Shown: in pieces, positions 22,997-33,499 of the stretch
Position numbering within the stretch: the first letter of the stretch is position 1
Layout of the letters: each line of letters opens with the position of its first letter
Assembly (NCBI GenBank): GCA_963817895.1
Contig: CAWFQB010000004.1
Span: forward strand, 192,001 to 256,000
DNA: 64,000 nt
Direction of reading: 5' to 3'
Source of the DNA: an uncultured Chthonomonadaceae bacterium
GTDB lineage: Bacteria; Armatimonadota; Chthonomonadetes; Chthonomonadales; Chthonomonadaceae
The notes under the pieces: generated by a model
Told to the model about the DNA's origin: nothing
The model's input: only the letters and a program-made list of their open reading frames with translations
Database searches by the model: none
Made by a program: the position numbers and the translations under genes

Positions 22997-23865
22997 CCTT
23001 TTACTGCCCCCGCTGTTAAACCTGCCATAAACTCTTTTTGCAATGCCAAAAACAGAATTACTACCGGAACGACGCTTATCAGAGTTCCGGCCATCAACAT
23101 GCCTATCTCATTGTCGTAAGAGCCGCGCAGTTGGTTGAGGGCGATGGGGAGCGTGAACAGTTCCTTGCGGTGCAGCATGATTTGCGGCCACAGGAAACTG
23201 TTCCATGTCCCCATGAAACTCATCAGGCTGAACGCGCCGATCATGGGACGCGAAATCGGCATGACTATATCCCAATAGATGCGAAACTCGGAACAGCCGT
23301 CTATCCGCGCGGCCTGCAACAGTTCGTCGGGAACCTGTACGATGGATTGCCGGAACAGGAAGATGCCGAACACGCTTACGGCTCCGGGGATAATCAAGCC
23401 CAAATGCGTATCCACCAGCCCCAGATGGTGCAGCAGTTCGTACATCGGGGCCATTGTCAACTGTCCGGGGATCATCAGGGTGGCGAGCATCAGCACGACG
23501 AGGGCGCGTTTGCCCCGAAACTCGTATTTGGCAAGCGCGAACCCGGCCAGCGAACTGAAAAAGAGTTGTACAATCACCACACTGCTCGCCAGAAACGCGC
23601 TGTTGAGCAGGCCGCGCGGCAGCATATCGGATTTCTGCGCCAGTTTGACAAAGTTCTCCCCCGTCCAATGCGGCGCGAAGAACAGGTAGTGAAACTGGTC
23701 GGCGTCGCTTTTAGTCGTTGCGGCAATCAGCCAGATCAGGGGCGTCAGCACGATCAGCGCGCAGGCCGCCAGCAGAATATAAAAGCCGATTTTAGAGATG
23801 ACAGCAGCGGTTTTGCGGTTCACGCCTGCGCGGTTTTTAGCGCGAACAAAAGTATTGTCGCTCAT
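22993..23865 (-). CDS. Carbohydrate ABC transporter permease (MalG-like)
   Basis: ELLQAARIDGCS EAA loop; WNSFLWP; ends GLTAGAVKG. Confidence 0.92.
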   Translation of the reverse strand: MSDNTFVRAKNRAGVNRKTAAVISKIGFYILLAACALIVLTPLIWLIAATTKSDADQFHYLFFAPHWTGENFVKLAQKSDMLPRGLLNSAFLASSVVIVQLFFSSLAGFALAKYEFRGKRALVVLMLATLMIPGQLTMAPMYELLHHLGLVDTHLGLIIPGAVSVFGIFLFRQSIVQVPDELLQAARIDGCSEFRIYWDIVMPISRPMIGAFSLMSFMGTWNSFLWPQIMLHRKELFTLPIALNQLRGSYDNEIGMLMAGTLISVVPVVILFLALQKEFMAGLTAGAVKG

Positions 23866-24755
23866 GCGGCCTCCGTCTTCCATGCGCCCGTTATGCGCAA
23901 CTGAAACAGGCTGACAATCAACACGCCCACCGCCAGCGTCCAGCCGATGGCGGACGCCAGCCCTAAATCGCCGTTGATAAAGCCGTTGTCGTACAGGTAC
24001 ATCACGATGGTCAGGCCGGCTTTATTGGGGCCGGCCGAGTTGTTGAGCAGGATGTAGGGCAGCTCGAACAGTTGAAACGAGCCGATTGTGGCGGTAATCA
24101 GCACGAATACGGCAACGGGTTTAATTCCCGGCAATGTCACCGCCCGGAACTGATGCCAGCCGTTCGCGCCATCTATTCTCGCGGCCTCGTACAATTCCAG
24201 ATCCACCGATTGCAGCGCGGCGAGAAAATAGATCATGTTGAAACCTACGTACATCCACAGCGACGTAAGCACGAGCGCGGGCATGACAAGGGCGGGATTG
24301 GAAAGCCATTTGGTTTCCAGAGGAAAACGGGGAATCGCGCCGTGCAGGGTGGTATTGACAAGCCCGTATTTGGGCGCGTACAGCGTTCCGAACAGCACGG
24401 CGACAAACGCCTGCCCGACAAGATGCGGCGAAAAGAACGCGAACCGCCAGAACGCCCGCCCCTTCAGCCACGCTTGATTGAGGAAAATCGCCAGTCCCAG
24501 CGCGAGCGGCAACTGCAAAAAGACGGACCAGAACGCATAATGGGCGGTATTCCACAAAGCCGTGTGGAAATCCGGGTCATGCAGAATGAAGGCGTAATTG
24601 CTCATTCCGACATAGACATGATCGCGCGGCCCATTCGTGGCATACAGCGACAGTGACAGGCTTTTCACAATCGGATACAGCCCGAAAACGCAAAAAGTGA
24701 GCAGAAACGGCGCAATAAACAGGTAGGGGGCATATTGGCGAGCGCGTGTTGGCAT
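23862..24755 (-). CDS. Carbohydrate ABC transporter permease (MalF-like)
   Basis: PYLFIAP and ELYEAARIDGANGW motifs; multiple TMs. Confidence 0.92.
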   Translation of the reverse strand: MPTRARQYAPYLFIAPFLLTFCVFGLYPIVKSLSLSLYATNGPRDHVYVGMSNYAFILHDPDFHTALWNTAHYAFWSVFLQLPLALGLAIFLNQAWLKGRAFWRFAFFSPHLVGQAFVAVLFGTLYAPKYGLVNTTLHGAIPRFPLETKWLSNPALVMPALVLTSLWMYVGFNMIYFLAALQSVDLELYEAARIDGANGWHQFRAVTLPGIKPVAVFVLITATIGSFQLFELPYILLNNSAGPNKAGLTIVMYLYDNGFINGDLGLASAIGWTLAVGVLIVSLFQLRITGAWKTEAA

Positions 24756-24849
24756 GGTGTCAGGTTGTCCGGTTGTCCGGGCGTCAGGCTGTCAGGCGCA
24801 GGACAAGCAGCAGGGACGCCATTGGAACGGTATTGGGGCTAATCCTATT

Positions 24850-26654
24850 TTAACTCAGGCGAAGCCAGCAGCCGGAACCGGCGGGAACCGCAACGCTGAC
24901 GCTCGCTTCCACGACATTGAGAACGGCATCGGCAAGAACATCCCGCGCTTCTGTGTAGGGTAGGGATACAGGAAGGGCAACGCTGCGTTCTTCCGCGCTG
25001 TCGTTGATGAGAAAGACGTGTTCGGCGTTCTGGCTAGTGCGGCGGAACTGCAAACAGCCGGTCAGCCCCGGCAGTTCGGTTTGCCTGCTGCCAAGAATGT
25101 AGGACAGCAAACTCAGTTGCGCGTTGGGCAGGTTTTCATCGGCGTTAATTTGAGACAGCGGCAGGTTGATGAGCAAGGCGCGGCCTTTGCCAACGCGATT
25201 TTCCGTAAAGGCCGGGACTTCGCCGGAACCGCCGCCCGCCCTTGCGGTTGTCGTGACGATCTGAGCGCGTAATTGCGCAGGTGTGGGAGCGTCTTTCGGA
25301 TTGGGCAGGTCCGCATAAAACACGCCTGCAATGCTGACGCCGAAAAGCTGCTCGAAGGACGAGCCGGGGCGCGTGTTCAGCAAGTTCGCCCTTGTCATTG
25401 TACAAGCCCGTCGGCAGTTCGGTAACAAGGCGCGTTCCATTTTCAACAAGTGTCTTCAACTTTGTCAGCAATGTTTCTGAAATGCGCTCTGAACCGGGAA
25501 GGAAGAGAATTGGAGCGAGGAGCGAACCGTAGCGTTCATCAGTTGCTCTTCCGTGACAAAAGCGAGTGGTACATTGGCATTGACTAATGCGCGCGTCGCG
25601 CCAAAGGGTCGCTTGCAGAGGCGCGGCCTGTGGCTAAAATATGCGCCTGCGGCACGGACTGCGAGTGCCATAATTCCTGTTGCCAGCGTTCCACAGCCTG
25701 CGCCATACGTCCGGCGGTTTGTGCAGCGGGCGTGACGCGGTCCAGCCAGTCCAAAAAACCGGTGTTGCCTATATTGTATATCTTGGCTGCCACTGGTCAA
25801 ACCAAACCGATTTGAAGCCTGATGCCAGCGCAATCAGCAGAATGCGCGTCATTATCCCTGCCGTCATTGTGAACGAACGCGCGCTGCCGTAACCTGTGGT
25901 TCCTCCGGTACAATCATACAAAATGGGCAAGAGCGGGGCTGTGCTGTCAACGCCCTGTTTTGCCATTGCGTAGAAGGGACGATCCCAGTTCTCGACTGCC
26001 TTCTGTTGCAATGATAACTAGATTTCCCGGAGCGCCAAACAAAGTGTGAACCGAATCCAATCCGTAGGCCTTGAGGTGACTGATGGGCGTATGGCAATAA
26101 TGATTTTTGGTCAGGATGGGATGGTTGGGATCGGCATCATAACAAGCGCGCAGCAAGCCCGCCGCCTCTTCCTGTGACTTGCGGAAACTCGCTTCCGTCT
26201 GAAAGTCTGTCTTATCCGGGTCCCATAAAAATCCCCGGATTTCCATAATCCACGCCAGTAAAGCGGGATGTTCGCGATATTGTCGAACAAACCTTTGTAC
26301 CCATTTGGTAACATCGGCAAACGCGCCAACATTCCAACTGCCGGAATCGTCGTCCGTTCTTAAACTGTGGTGCGGCTCATTACCCGGTTCGCACCACAGT
26401 TTTAATCCGGCCTGTTCTGCGGCGTCGAAAAAACGGTCGGGATTGCGCCAGTTCATCATGCCGAGAGATTTCTCAATGTCTGTGTCACGGTTGAACGTTA
26501 CGCGAACGGTTTGAAAGCCCGTGTCTCGGATGCGCTTCAACTCGTCGCGCAAGGCGGCATCCGACCACTGCTCCCAATTCTGCAAGGCCACGCCGATTGT
26601 TAAGGGACACTCTTCATCCCATTTGCTGCGCCAATTCTGTTCCGGTTCCGCCAC
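24850..26654 (-). pseudogene. GH42-like glycoside hydrolase (TIM barrel plus trimerisation domain), multiply frameshifted
   Basis: ELKRIRDTGFQTVR, YREHPALLAW, TELPTGLYND, LFGV and ENRVGKGRALL pieces spread over several frames. Confidence 0.55.
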
Positions 26655-27131
26655 TGTGTTCCCCTTTGTCTGCTGAATAGCCCTCAACCCCCGACCCCTT
26701 CTCCCAAAAAGCCTGGGAGAAGGGGAGCCACTCACTTTCATGAACTGAGGCAAACAGAGTTGATGAGGGTTGTTGTGCAGGTGATTTCGACGCGCCCGAC
26801 AATCTTCCCTGCAAGGGGAATGTCGGGATAACGCCGAAGTTTTCGCCGTCGTATTGAAGATACGTGAATCGGTGTTCAATGGATTGACCTGTTTTGCAGT
26901 TGGCGTACTCCCAAAGCTGTAGTTTAGTGGCATATCCACGCAAAATTGAGAACCCTGTACCGTAAATGGAGCGTATAGGCAAGTAGGGGACACTGCGCGA
27001 CGGTTGCAGAGAGAACGTAATAATGTTATACTGTTGGTGTTCGCACCTCAAAATGCGTTGATGTTTCCGCCCGTTTTGCCACTGTTTCCGCCCTGTTTTT
27101 GGGCGCTATGTTCGATTTTGGGAGATTTGTC

Positions 27132-27860
27132 ATGCCAGCCAACCGGAATGCCAACGGTCGTCCTTATGCCCGCCGCAATCAGCGCCAACAGTCGGGCAAC
27201 AAATCCAATGATACGCTTGCCGCGCTTGCCGCCTTCGGCCTGATCGCCGTACTCGCGCTTGCCGCCTTTGTGCTGCTTGGCAATCGCTCCCCCGGCACGA
27301 AACTGAACCTGCTTGTCGCGGCGGATGTGACCAACAGCGTCGGTAAGGGCGACCGGCAAAAACTGTTTGGGATTCTGGATAATACCATTGACGGGGCGTT
27401 GCCCAAAGGCACCGAAATTCGGCTGTGGGCGTTTGACGTGAACGCGCACGAGATCAGCGATAAAACGCCGCGCAAATCCGAAGACCTGTGGCCGGACGAG
27501 GATCAGTGCATCGCCCATCATCAGGACGCGCAGGGAACATTGCCTGCCAAAGCGCTAAGTGAGATGGATGCGGCTATTCAGACTGCCCAAAGTAAAGGTG
27601 AAAACGTCGCCTGCCTGCTGCTCACGGATGGCGAAGATACAGACACCAACAAAAAAGCGGAGGAACAGGCCGCGCAGAAGATTGCCGATCACAGCAATGT
27701 GAAAGCCGTCTGGTTCGCGGGCGCGTCAACGGAGAATGGCTTTCGCTCCACGCTGGAGCGGCGTTTAGGTTCCATTCTTGGCAACCGCCTTGTGATTTCC
27801 AGTAACGGCGACGCGCAGGATGGCTTGAATAAGTTTCGAGCGTTGCTTGAGAAGAAGTAG
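27132..27860 (+). CDS. Membrane-anchored vWA-domain protein
   Basis: N-terminal TM; MIDAS-like DVTNS...GT...LLTDGED. Confidence 0.75.
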   Translation: MPANRNANGRPYARRNQRQQSGNKSNDTLAALAAFGLIAVLALAAFVLLGNRSPGTKLNLLVAADVTNSVGKGDRQKLFGILDNTIDGALPKGTEIRLWAFDVNAHEISDKTPRKSEDLWPDEDQCIAHHQDAQGTLPAKALSEMDAAIQTAQSKGENVACLLLTDGEDTDTNKKAEEQAAQKIADHSNVKAVWFAGASTENGFRSTLERRLGSILGNRLVISSNGDAQDGLNKFRALLEKK

Positions 27861-27985
27861 GGATGAGATACGAGATACGAGTCAATCCTTGTTGATTTCA
27901 ACTTTCCAGCAACAATTGAGAGGCTATAAAATAGTTCCTCCTCGTATCTCGTATCTCGTATCTCATCCCTACAAAGGATTTTCCT

Positions 27986-29900
27986 ATGGACGACAACATG
28001 GGCGACGTGGAACTGCCGGAAGTGGCGGTCGTGGCGGGGAACGGGCATCATGCCGTAGACGCGGGCGTGGAAACGACCCGCGTTTTGTCCCATGCCGCCG
28101 GGCTGGAATCGGCGCGTGTCGCGCCGGCTGATGTTTTGCCCAATGGCGTTGCGGGAGCCTCCGCTTATGGAGTGACGCAGCGAACGCGGGAGGGGAACGC
28201 GCCCATGTCGGACGGGGAAACAAACGGAACCAACCGCAAACATAACGATGCGCCCTCGCTGTTCTGGAACAGTTCGCTGTCGGATCAGGAGGAGCTGAAC
28301 TGGTTTGTGCCGCCCCTCCCGCATAGCGAGAAAGCGGACGCGCCCACAGAGGAGATGCTGAACCAGTTCGGGCAAATGTTGCCGCAGCAGCCCAAACGCG
28401 CGTGGATGCTGAAGTGGAACTACCGTACCCGTTCCGCCGCCACCGCAGCGGAGCAGGCGCATGTCGAGCAGGAGGCGCAGGGGCAGTTTGCCCGCATTAA
28501 AGAGCAGGCCGAGCGCGAAATTCAGCGTATTGATTCCGATGTGAAGCGGCTGAACGCGACAGCAGCAGGAATTGGAGCACAATCTGCTTCAACGCGCAAA
28601 ACGCTTTTGCCGAGTCCGCCGCCCGCGCGGGACTGCACTGCGAAATGTCCGAGCCTGCGCCCGTTGTCACGCCCGCGCGTTCCCGTCGGGGCCGGCGCGA
28701 GGCAGCGGAAGAGGATAGCAACGCTCTGTCGCGGAACCGGTCGGCAGAATCAATCCGCAAGTGGTGGAGGACGCGCTCAATGACGCGGTTCCCACGTTGC
28801 AGGAGATGGCGGGCGAGTACGGGGTCGGGCCGGTCGGACACACGGACACGCTGGCAAGAATTTTGTCGTTTTTCATGCAGTTTCTGGCCCCGCTTGTGGC
28901 AGGCATGATGCTTGCCCTGTGTTTGGGTACGCTTGTCGGAATTCTGGATATTGACACCTTGCAGCGTTCCGACAGCGCGCCGCAGCTTGCCCTTTCCGGC
29001 GCGTTGGGCTTTGTGATTGTCTATCTGATGGGTGAACTGTTTCATACGGCTGTGGCGACGCTGGCTCGCAGTCTGGAAACGCGGGACGCGGACATGGCGC
29101 ACAAGCCTAATGTGCCGCGCTTCCGCAGCAACATGGGCATTGCGGTTGTCCTGATTGTGGTCGCGCTTGGGTTAGGCGTGGCGGAAGTGACGGCGGAGGG
29201 GCTGGGTATCCGGCAACTGCATCAGCAGCAGATTGCTCGCCAGAATCGCTTCAAGGGAACGCCCGTTGCCAATCCTTCTACTGCAAACGCGCGTCCCAAT
29301 GGCAGCGCGGCGCAGCCGGTTGCCCCCGCCCCGGCTCCCGTTTCGGAAGAGTTGCCTCTGATTGTCTATCTTGTAATCGGCACACTTATCAGCGGGCCAT
29401 ATCTCGCCTATAAAACGGCGCGAGGGTGGGGCGAAAACGAAACGCATTTGCGCGAAGCGTGGCTGACGCATCGGCAGCGCGTTTGGCTGGACGAGCGGCG
29501 GGCGCAGCCGGACGTGCAGATGGCGTTCCACCATGCGTATACGGTCGAGCAGATCGAATCCAATTTAACTCGGACGCGCTGGCAACTGCAAAATCTGGAA
29601 GAGCAGCGAACCCGCGCCCTGAACGTGGAACTCCCCGCCGGACTGCAAACGCGGCGGCGCGAAGCGCGGGCGGCGGCGGTTGGCGAAGCGGCCCGCTTGC
29701 AGCAGTCCATCGAAGACCTGATAGATGTTCACGAGCCTTTGCCACGCGCGGGACAGCAGATGTCTCCGTCGCAGGCCGGAATGAACCCGCGACAGGGCGT
29801 AAATGGCGCGAGCCTGCACCCCTCCTCGCTTCCCAACTACGGACAGGAGCCGAACCAGTTTGATTTTGACTGGTCAGGTTCCCGCAAACCCAGGGCATAA
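27986..29900 (+). CDS. Coiled-coil multi-TM hypothetical protein (frameshift near 28590)
   Basis: ORFs 27986-28783 and 28761-29900 join; 4 TM segments flanked by coiled coils. Confidence 0.55.
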
Positions 29901-29905
29901 GGCTG

Positions 29906-31069
29906 ATGTTTCGATTTCGACTGCTATTTGCCCTGATTGGCGTTCTGAGCTGCCTCACAATGGCGGGCGGCATGGAGTGGTTTTTTCGGCGCGTCAATCT
30001 GGCGGCGAATCTGGATGACCGCGCCTCGCGTGTCCTGATTGTTCGCAGCGAAATCTCGCAGCGCGTGGAACAGGCGGGCGGGCAGTCAGGCGACGTGCAG
30101 ATTACCCTGACATGGAACAACCGCAACGATCTGGATTTATCCTGTATTGATCCCAAAGGGGAAAAAATCTGGTTTCAGCACAAGCGTTCCCGTTCGGGCG
30201 GCGAACTGGATGTAGACAGCAACGCTATTTTTGGGCGGCTGACCTCGCGCCCCGTAGAAAACATCCGCTGGCCCTATGGCAGCGCGCCAATGGGAACGTA
30301 CCGCGTATACGTAGACCACTACCGCAATAATGGGGATGTGGACCCGACGCCGTTCAAAGTATCTATCTTGGAAAAGGGACGGCTGCATGAAGTGCGCGGT
30401 TCCGTTGCGCACGTAGCCGCCGATGAGCCTGCCATCAAGGTGTACGAGTTTAATAATACAGGGGAAGAGTATGGCTGGAGCGGGCTGCTGCCAGCCATTT
30501 TACGCGCCCTTCTGATTACCGGAATTTGGACAAGCTTACTGGCGCTGCTGTTTACGACCGCAATTTGGGCGGGGCAAACCGTGTTCTTTCGGCGCGTTTA
30601 CAAAAAACGCTGGCTGAAACCGCGCGCGATTTGGCTGCTCATCGGGTGGGGAGCGTTATCCGGTTTGCTGGCGGGCGTGGCGGGACAGCTTGTGTTTGGC
30701 CTACTGGCGGTTGTGCCTTCCATTCCGATTCAGATCAGTCGCTATGTAGGATGGATCGTATTGGGAGGGTTGTTCGGGTGGCTGATTTCGCTGCGGATGC
30801 CAAATCTGCCCCGCTGGCCCGCGCTTGCGGGCGGCGTATTCGGCAGTTGGTTGGGTTCCATCGCGTTTCTGATTTCACTGCAAAACAGTTCCGGGGGGTG
30901 GGGGCGATTAGAAGGCGCGATGTTGCTTGGCGGCATGGTGGGCGTGATGATAACGCTGTATCTGCCCTACAAAGAGATTATAGAACCGCTGCAAGACCTG
31001 CGCATAAGCATTGCCGCCCAACGTTTACGCCCGCATCGCAGCCGGGGAGTAGGAACGTTGAAGAGGTGA
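29906..31069 (+). CDS. YfaP/DUF2135-like domain fused to a Gly-rich multi-TM domain
   Basis: GDVQITLTWNNRNDLDL..DP.GE...GGELDVD...VENI.W; about 5 C-terminal TM helices. Confidence 0.7.
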   Translation: MFRFRLLFALIGVLSCLTMAGGMEWFFRRVNLAANLDDRASRVLIVRSEISQRVEQAGGQSGDVQITLTWNNRNDLDLSCIDPKGEKIWFQHKRSRSGGELDVDSNAIFGRLTSRPVENIRWPYGSAPMGTYRVYVDHYRNNGDVDPTPFKVSILEKGRLHEVRGSVAHVAADEPAIKVYEFNNTGEEYGWSGLLPAILRALLITGIWTSLLALLFTTAIWAGQTVFFRRVYKKRWLKPRAIWLLIGWGALSGLLAGVAGQLVFGLLAVVPSIPIQISRYVGWIVLGGLFGWLISLRMPNLPRWPALAGGVFGSWLGSIAFLISLQNSSGGWGRLEGAMLLGGMVGVMITLYLPYKEIIEPLQDLRISIAAQRLRPHRSRGVGTLKR

Positions 31070-31181
31070 TTGGTGGTTGGTGGCTGGTTAAGCATGTTTG
31101 AACTGTCAATGTGTGTATTCATATCCGCAAGTCCTGCATTGGAACAACCAATCACCAGCCACCAACCACCAATCACCAACA

Positions 31182-31269
31182 TGGAGAGGACAGGATTCGA
31201 ACCTGCGATACCCGAAGGTACTGCGCGTTAGCAACACGCCGCCATCAGCCAGAACTCGGCCACCTCCCC
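31182..31269 (-). tRNA. tRNA-Ser(GCT)
   Basis: Acceptor GGGGAGG/CCTCTCC; loop TTGCTAA; long variable arm; GTTCGAATC. Confidence 0.9.
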
Positions 31270-31393
31270 AGAAAAAGGATGAAGGATGAAGACAGCACGC
31301 GGTTTTCCTGTTCCTTCTTCTGTTTTGGAGATGAGGCTTTTGGAATAGTGTAGTGCCTTCATCCTTCATCCTTCATCCCTCATCCTTTGTAAT

Positions 31394-31455
31394 ATGCCGC
31401 AGGTCCGAGTTGAACGGACGACGTCCACGTTTTCAGCATGGCGCTCTACCACTGA
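31394..31455 (-). repeat. att site: 62-bp duplicate of the 3' part of tRNA-Phe
   Basis: Identical to 35905-35966 except one base; lacks the tRNA 5' end. Confidence 0.95.
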
Positions 31456-31718
31456 ATTTTGAGGCGTCAGGGGTTTAAGTCGGGGCTGCGCGTGGTACAG
31501 TCCTGTGCTGTACATAGGCATGAAGCCTTTTTGTGACTCTACCCATCTATGTCGCTGATAATAGCACCCCATTCTAGCCACTGCCCCGCGAAAGACACAA
31601 GCCGCATGTTTGTACGTCCTCTTGTGTGAACGCAAAGGCGTCTACAAGAAGTATTCTCCATTGGAGAAATGCGGGGTTTTGCAGAAAAAGTGAGGCAAAG
31701 GGCGCAAACGTGGCGGTT

Positions 31719-31734
31719 TGGCATGAATCTTGCA
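31719..31734 (+). promoter_or_regulatory. sigma54 -24/-12 promoter
   Basis: TGGCAT-GAATC-TTGCA about 80 nt upstream of the PEP-CTERM gene. Confidence 0.7.
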
Positions 31735-31814
31735 ATGGGTATAGGAAACGGTAGTCTTTTCGATACCTTCACTGCTTCTATACTTTCATTGGTGTTCACA
31801 AAGGAGACTTCTTC

Positions 31815-32624
31815 ATGCGTTTTTGTAAACTCGCTCTTGGTATGTTTTCACCTGCCCTACTCATTGGTTTCGCCAGCACCTGCGCCCCTGTCCAAGCACA
31901 ACTGCTTGTCGTCTCTGGGGATGAAAACATCACGAATGCACTCGTCGGCAATGGAACTGCCGTCAATGTCGGCAACCAACTCTTCTTCTCCAACGTGCTT
32001 GCCAATGCTCCCGGCAGCAACCGTGTTCTTGTACAGGGGACAGATATCAGCGGATTTGATGCACCTGTCGCCAGCATCAATACGTTCTACAATACGCTTC
32101 CCGGTGTGACCTCTACCATCCAAGCCGGACCTGTAACCGCGGCTTCGTTAAGCGGCGTCAATCTGTTCGTTAGCGCCATTCCCGCCACCGCCTTTACACC
32201 CGCTGAAATCACCGCACTGTCCAACTTCTCCACAGGAGGCGGCTCCATTTTCCTGTTGGGTGACGGAGCAAACTTTGCCCCTGTGCCGGATGCGAACCTC
32301 AATGCTTTATTGGTAGGCCTGGGCAGTTCCCTGCTCATTGTTCCTGATAATCTTGACCCGGGTTTCCAAACGGTTGGCGGATCGCAGATTGCGGCGGGCA
32401 ACCCCTTGACGGCAGGCGTTACCTCCTTCACCTATACCTTCGTTTCACAGGTGTCTGGAGGCACTTCTCTGTTCACAGCATCGGGGGGGCAGACATACAT
32501 CGCCGCCACAGGCATACGCCCAACTGCCGTTCCCGAACCCGGCTCTATCGCCCTCCTCACCGGCCTGAGTCTCACCGGAGCCGCCTTCCTGCGCCGTCGC
32601 AAACACGCTCACGAAGCCGCCTAA
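31815..32624 (+). CDS. PEP-CTERM protein with GATase-like/DUF4350-like domain
   Basis: Signal peptide; FTPAEITAL..F...GGSIFLLGD; C-terminal VPEPGSIALLTGLSLTGAAFLRRRK; AAGGAG RBS. Confidence 0.88.
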   Translation: MRFCKLALGMFSPALLIGFASTCAPVQAQLLVVSGDENITNALVGNGTAVNVGNQLFFSNVLANAPGSNRVLVQGTDISGFDAPVASINTFYNTLPGVTSTIQAGPVTAASLSGVNLFVSAIPATAFTPAEITALSNFSTGGGSIFLLGDGANFAPVPDANLNALLVGLGSSLLIVPDNLDPGFQTVGGSQIAAGNPLTAGVTSFTYTFVSQVSGGTSLFTASGGQTYIAATGIRPTAVPEPGSIALLTGLSLTGAAFLRRRKHAHEAA

Positions 32625-32815
32625 ACGCCCCGCATAGTGAAGCCAAAAGCGTACACAGTCATACAGCCACAGGAACCGCGAACGTGCGGCCTGTGGCTGT
32701 TGTGCGTTGCAGTCTCCCCATTTGGAGAAACTTACCTGCAATGTCTCCTACCTGACGACAGAAGCGGCCTGTTCGCGAACAAGGAACAGGCCGCTGTCAC
32801 CATCGGATACGCGCA

Positions 32816-33367
32816 TCACGGCTCAACAGGCATATCTTTCCATTCGCTTACCACACCGCTTCTGAAAGTGACCGACTTTCGCCCGTATTCCGCATAGTCC
32901 CATTGCTCCGTATAGGTAAAATCGTGTACGGTTTGCGGTTTGCCAAACACGCGCCGTACTTTCTCCATTGCGTCGCCCCGGTGAACAACTTCCTCAGACG
33001 CGGGTTGCGCTGCTGGTTCCTTTTCCGCGCTCCTGCTCACTTTGCTTGCGGACGGCGCGGGCGCTTCGATACGCTGATAGATGATTTTCGGCTTGACGTT
33101 CTTTACAGCTTCAATGTCCTGTGCCAGTTGCTTGTTGTCTTCTTCCAGCGCGGCTATGCGGGCATTGGCGGCGTCCAGTTCGCCTCTCTGCTGTTCAAGG
33201 GCTTGCAATCGGGTTTCCAGCGCGGTGATCCGGTTACGTTCGGCAGGCGATTGTTCCGGGAAAACCTGACCGAAGCGCAATGTCACAAAGCGAGAACCGA
33301 ACATGATGAGAACGAAACTGAAGGAACATAGAAGGATGTAGCGGCCTAACTTACTGTCAAGTTTCAT
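32816..33367 (-). CDS. Membrane-anchored coiled-coil protein with BamE/SmpA-like C-terminal domain
   Basis: N-terminal TM; coiled coil; GDAMEKVRRVFGKP...EQWDY..VTFRSGVV. Confidence 0.6.
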   Translation of the reverse strand: MKLDSKLGRYILLCSFSFVLIMFGSRFVTLRFGQVFPEQSPAERNRITALETRLQALEQQRGELDAANARIAALEEDNKQLAQDIEAVKNVKPKIIYQRIEAPAPSASKVSRSAEKEPAAQPASEEVVHRGDAMEKVRRVFGKPQTVHDFTYTEQWDYAEYGRKSVTFRSGVVSEWKDMPVEP

Positions 33368-33499
33368 GGTTTGCCTCGTGTGTCAAAAGTGAGAAGGAGC
33401 AAACATACGACAGAAGCAACAAAACGCCTCTATCGAGCAGGGAATTGAATCACTGTACCCGATGAAGGCGTAAATTTCGCAGTATACTGTCTCCATTGG

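Noticed and set aside
26614..27051. ORF upstream of the GH42-like gene
   Set aside because: No recognisable motif or RBS, and it runs through a REP element; cannot be supported as a gene
31394..31455. Second tRNA-Phe gene
   Set aside because: Lacks the 5' acceptor strand and part of the D-stem; it is the att duplicate
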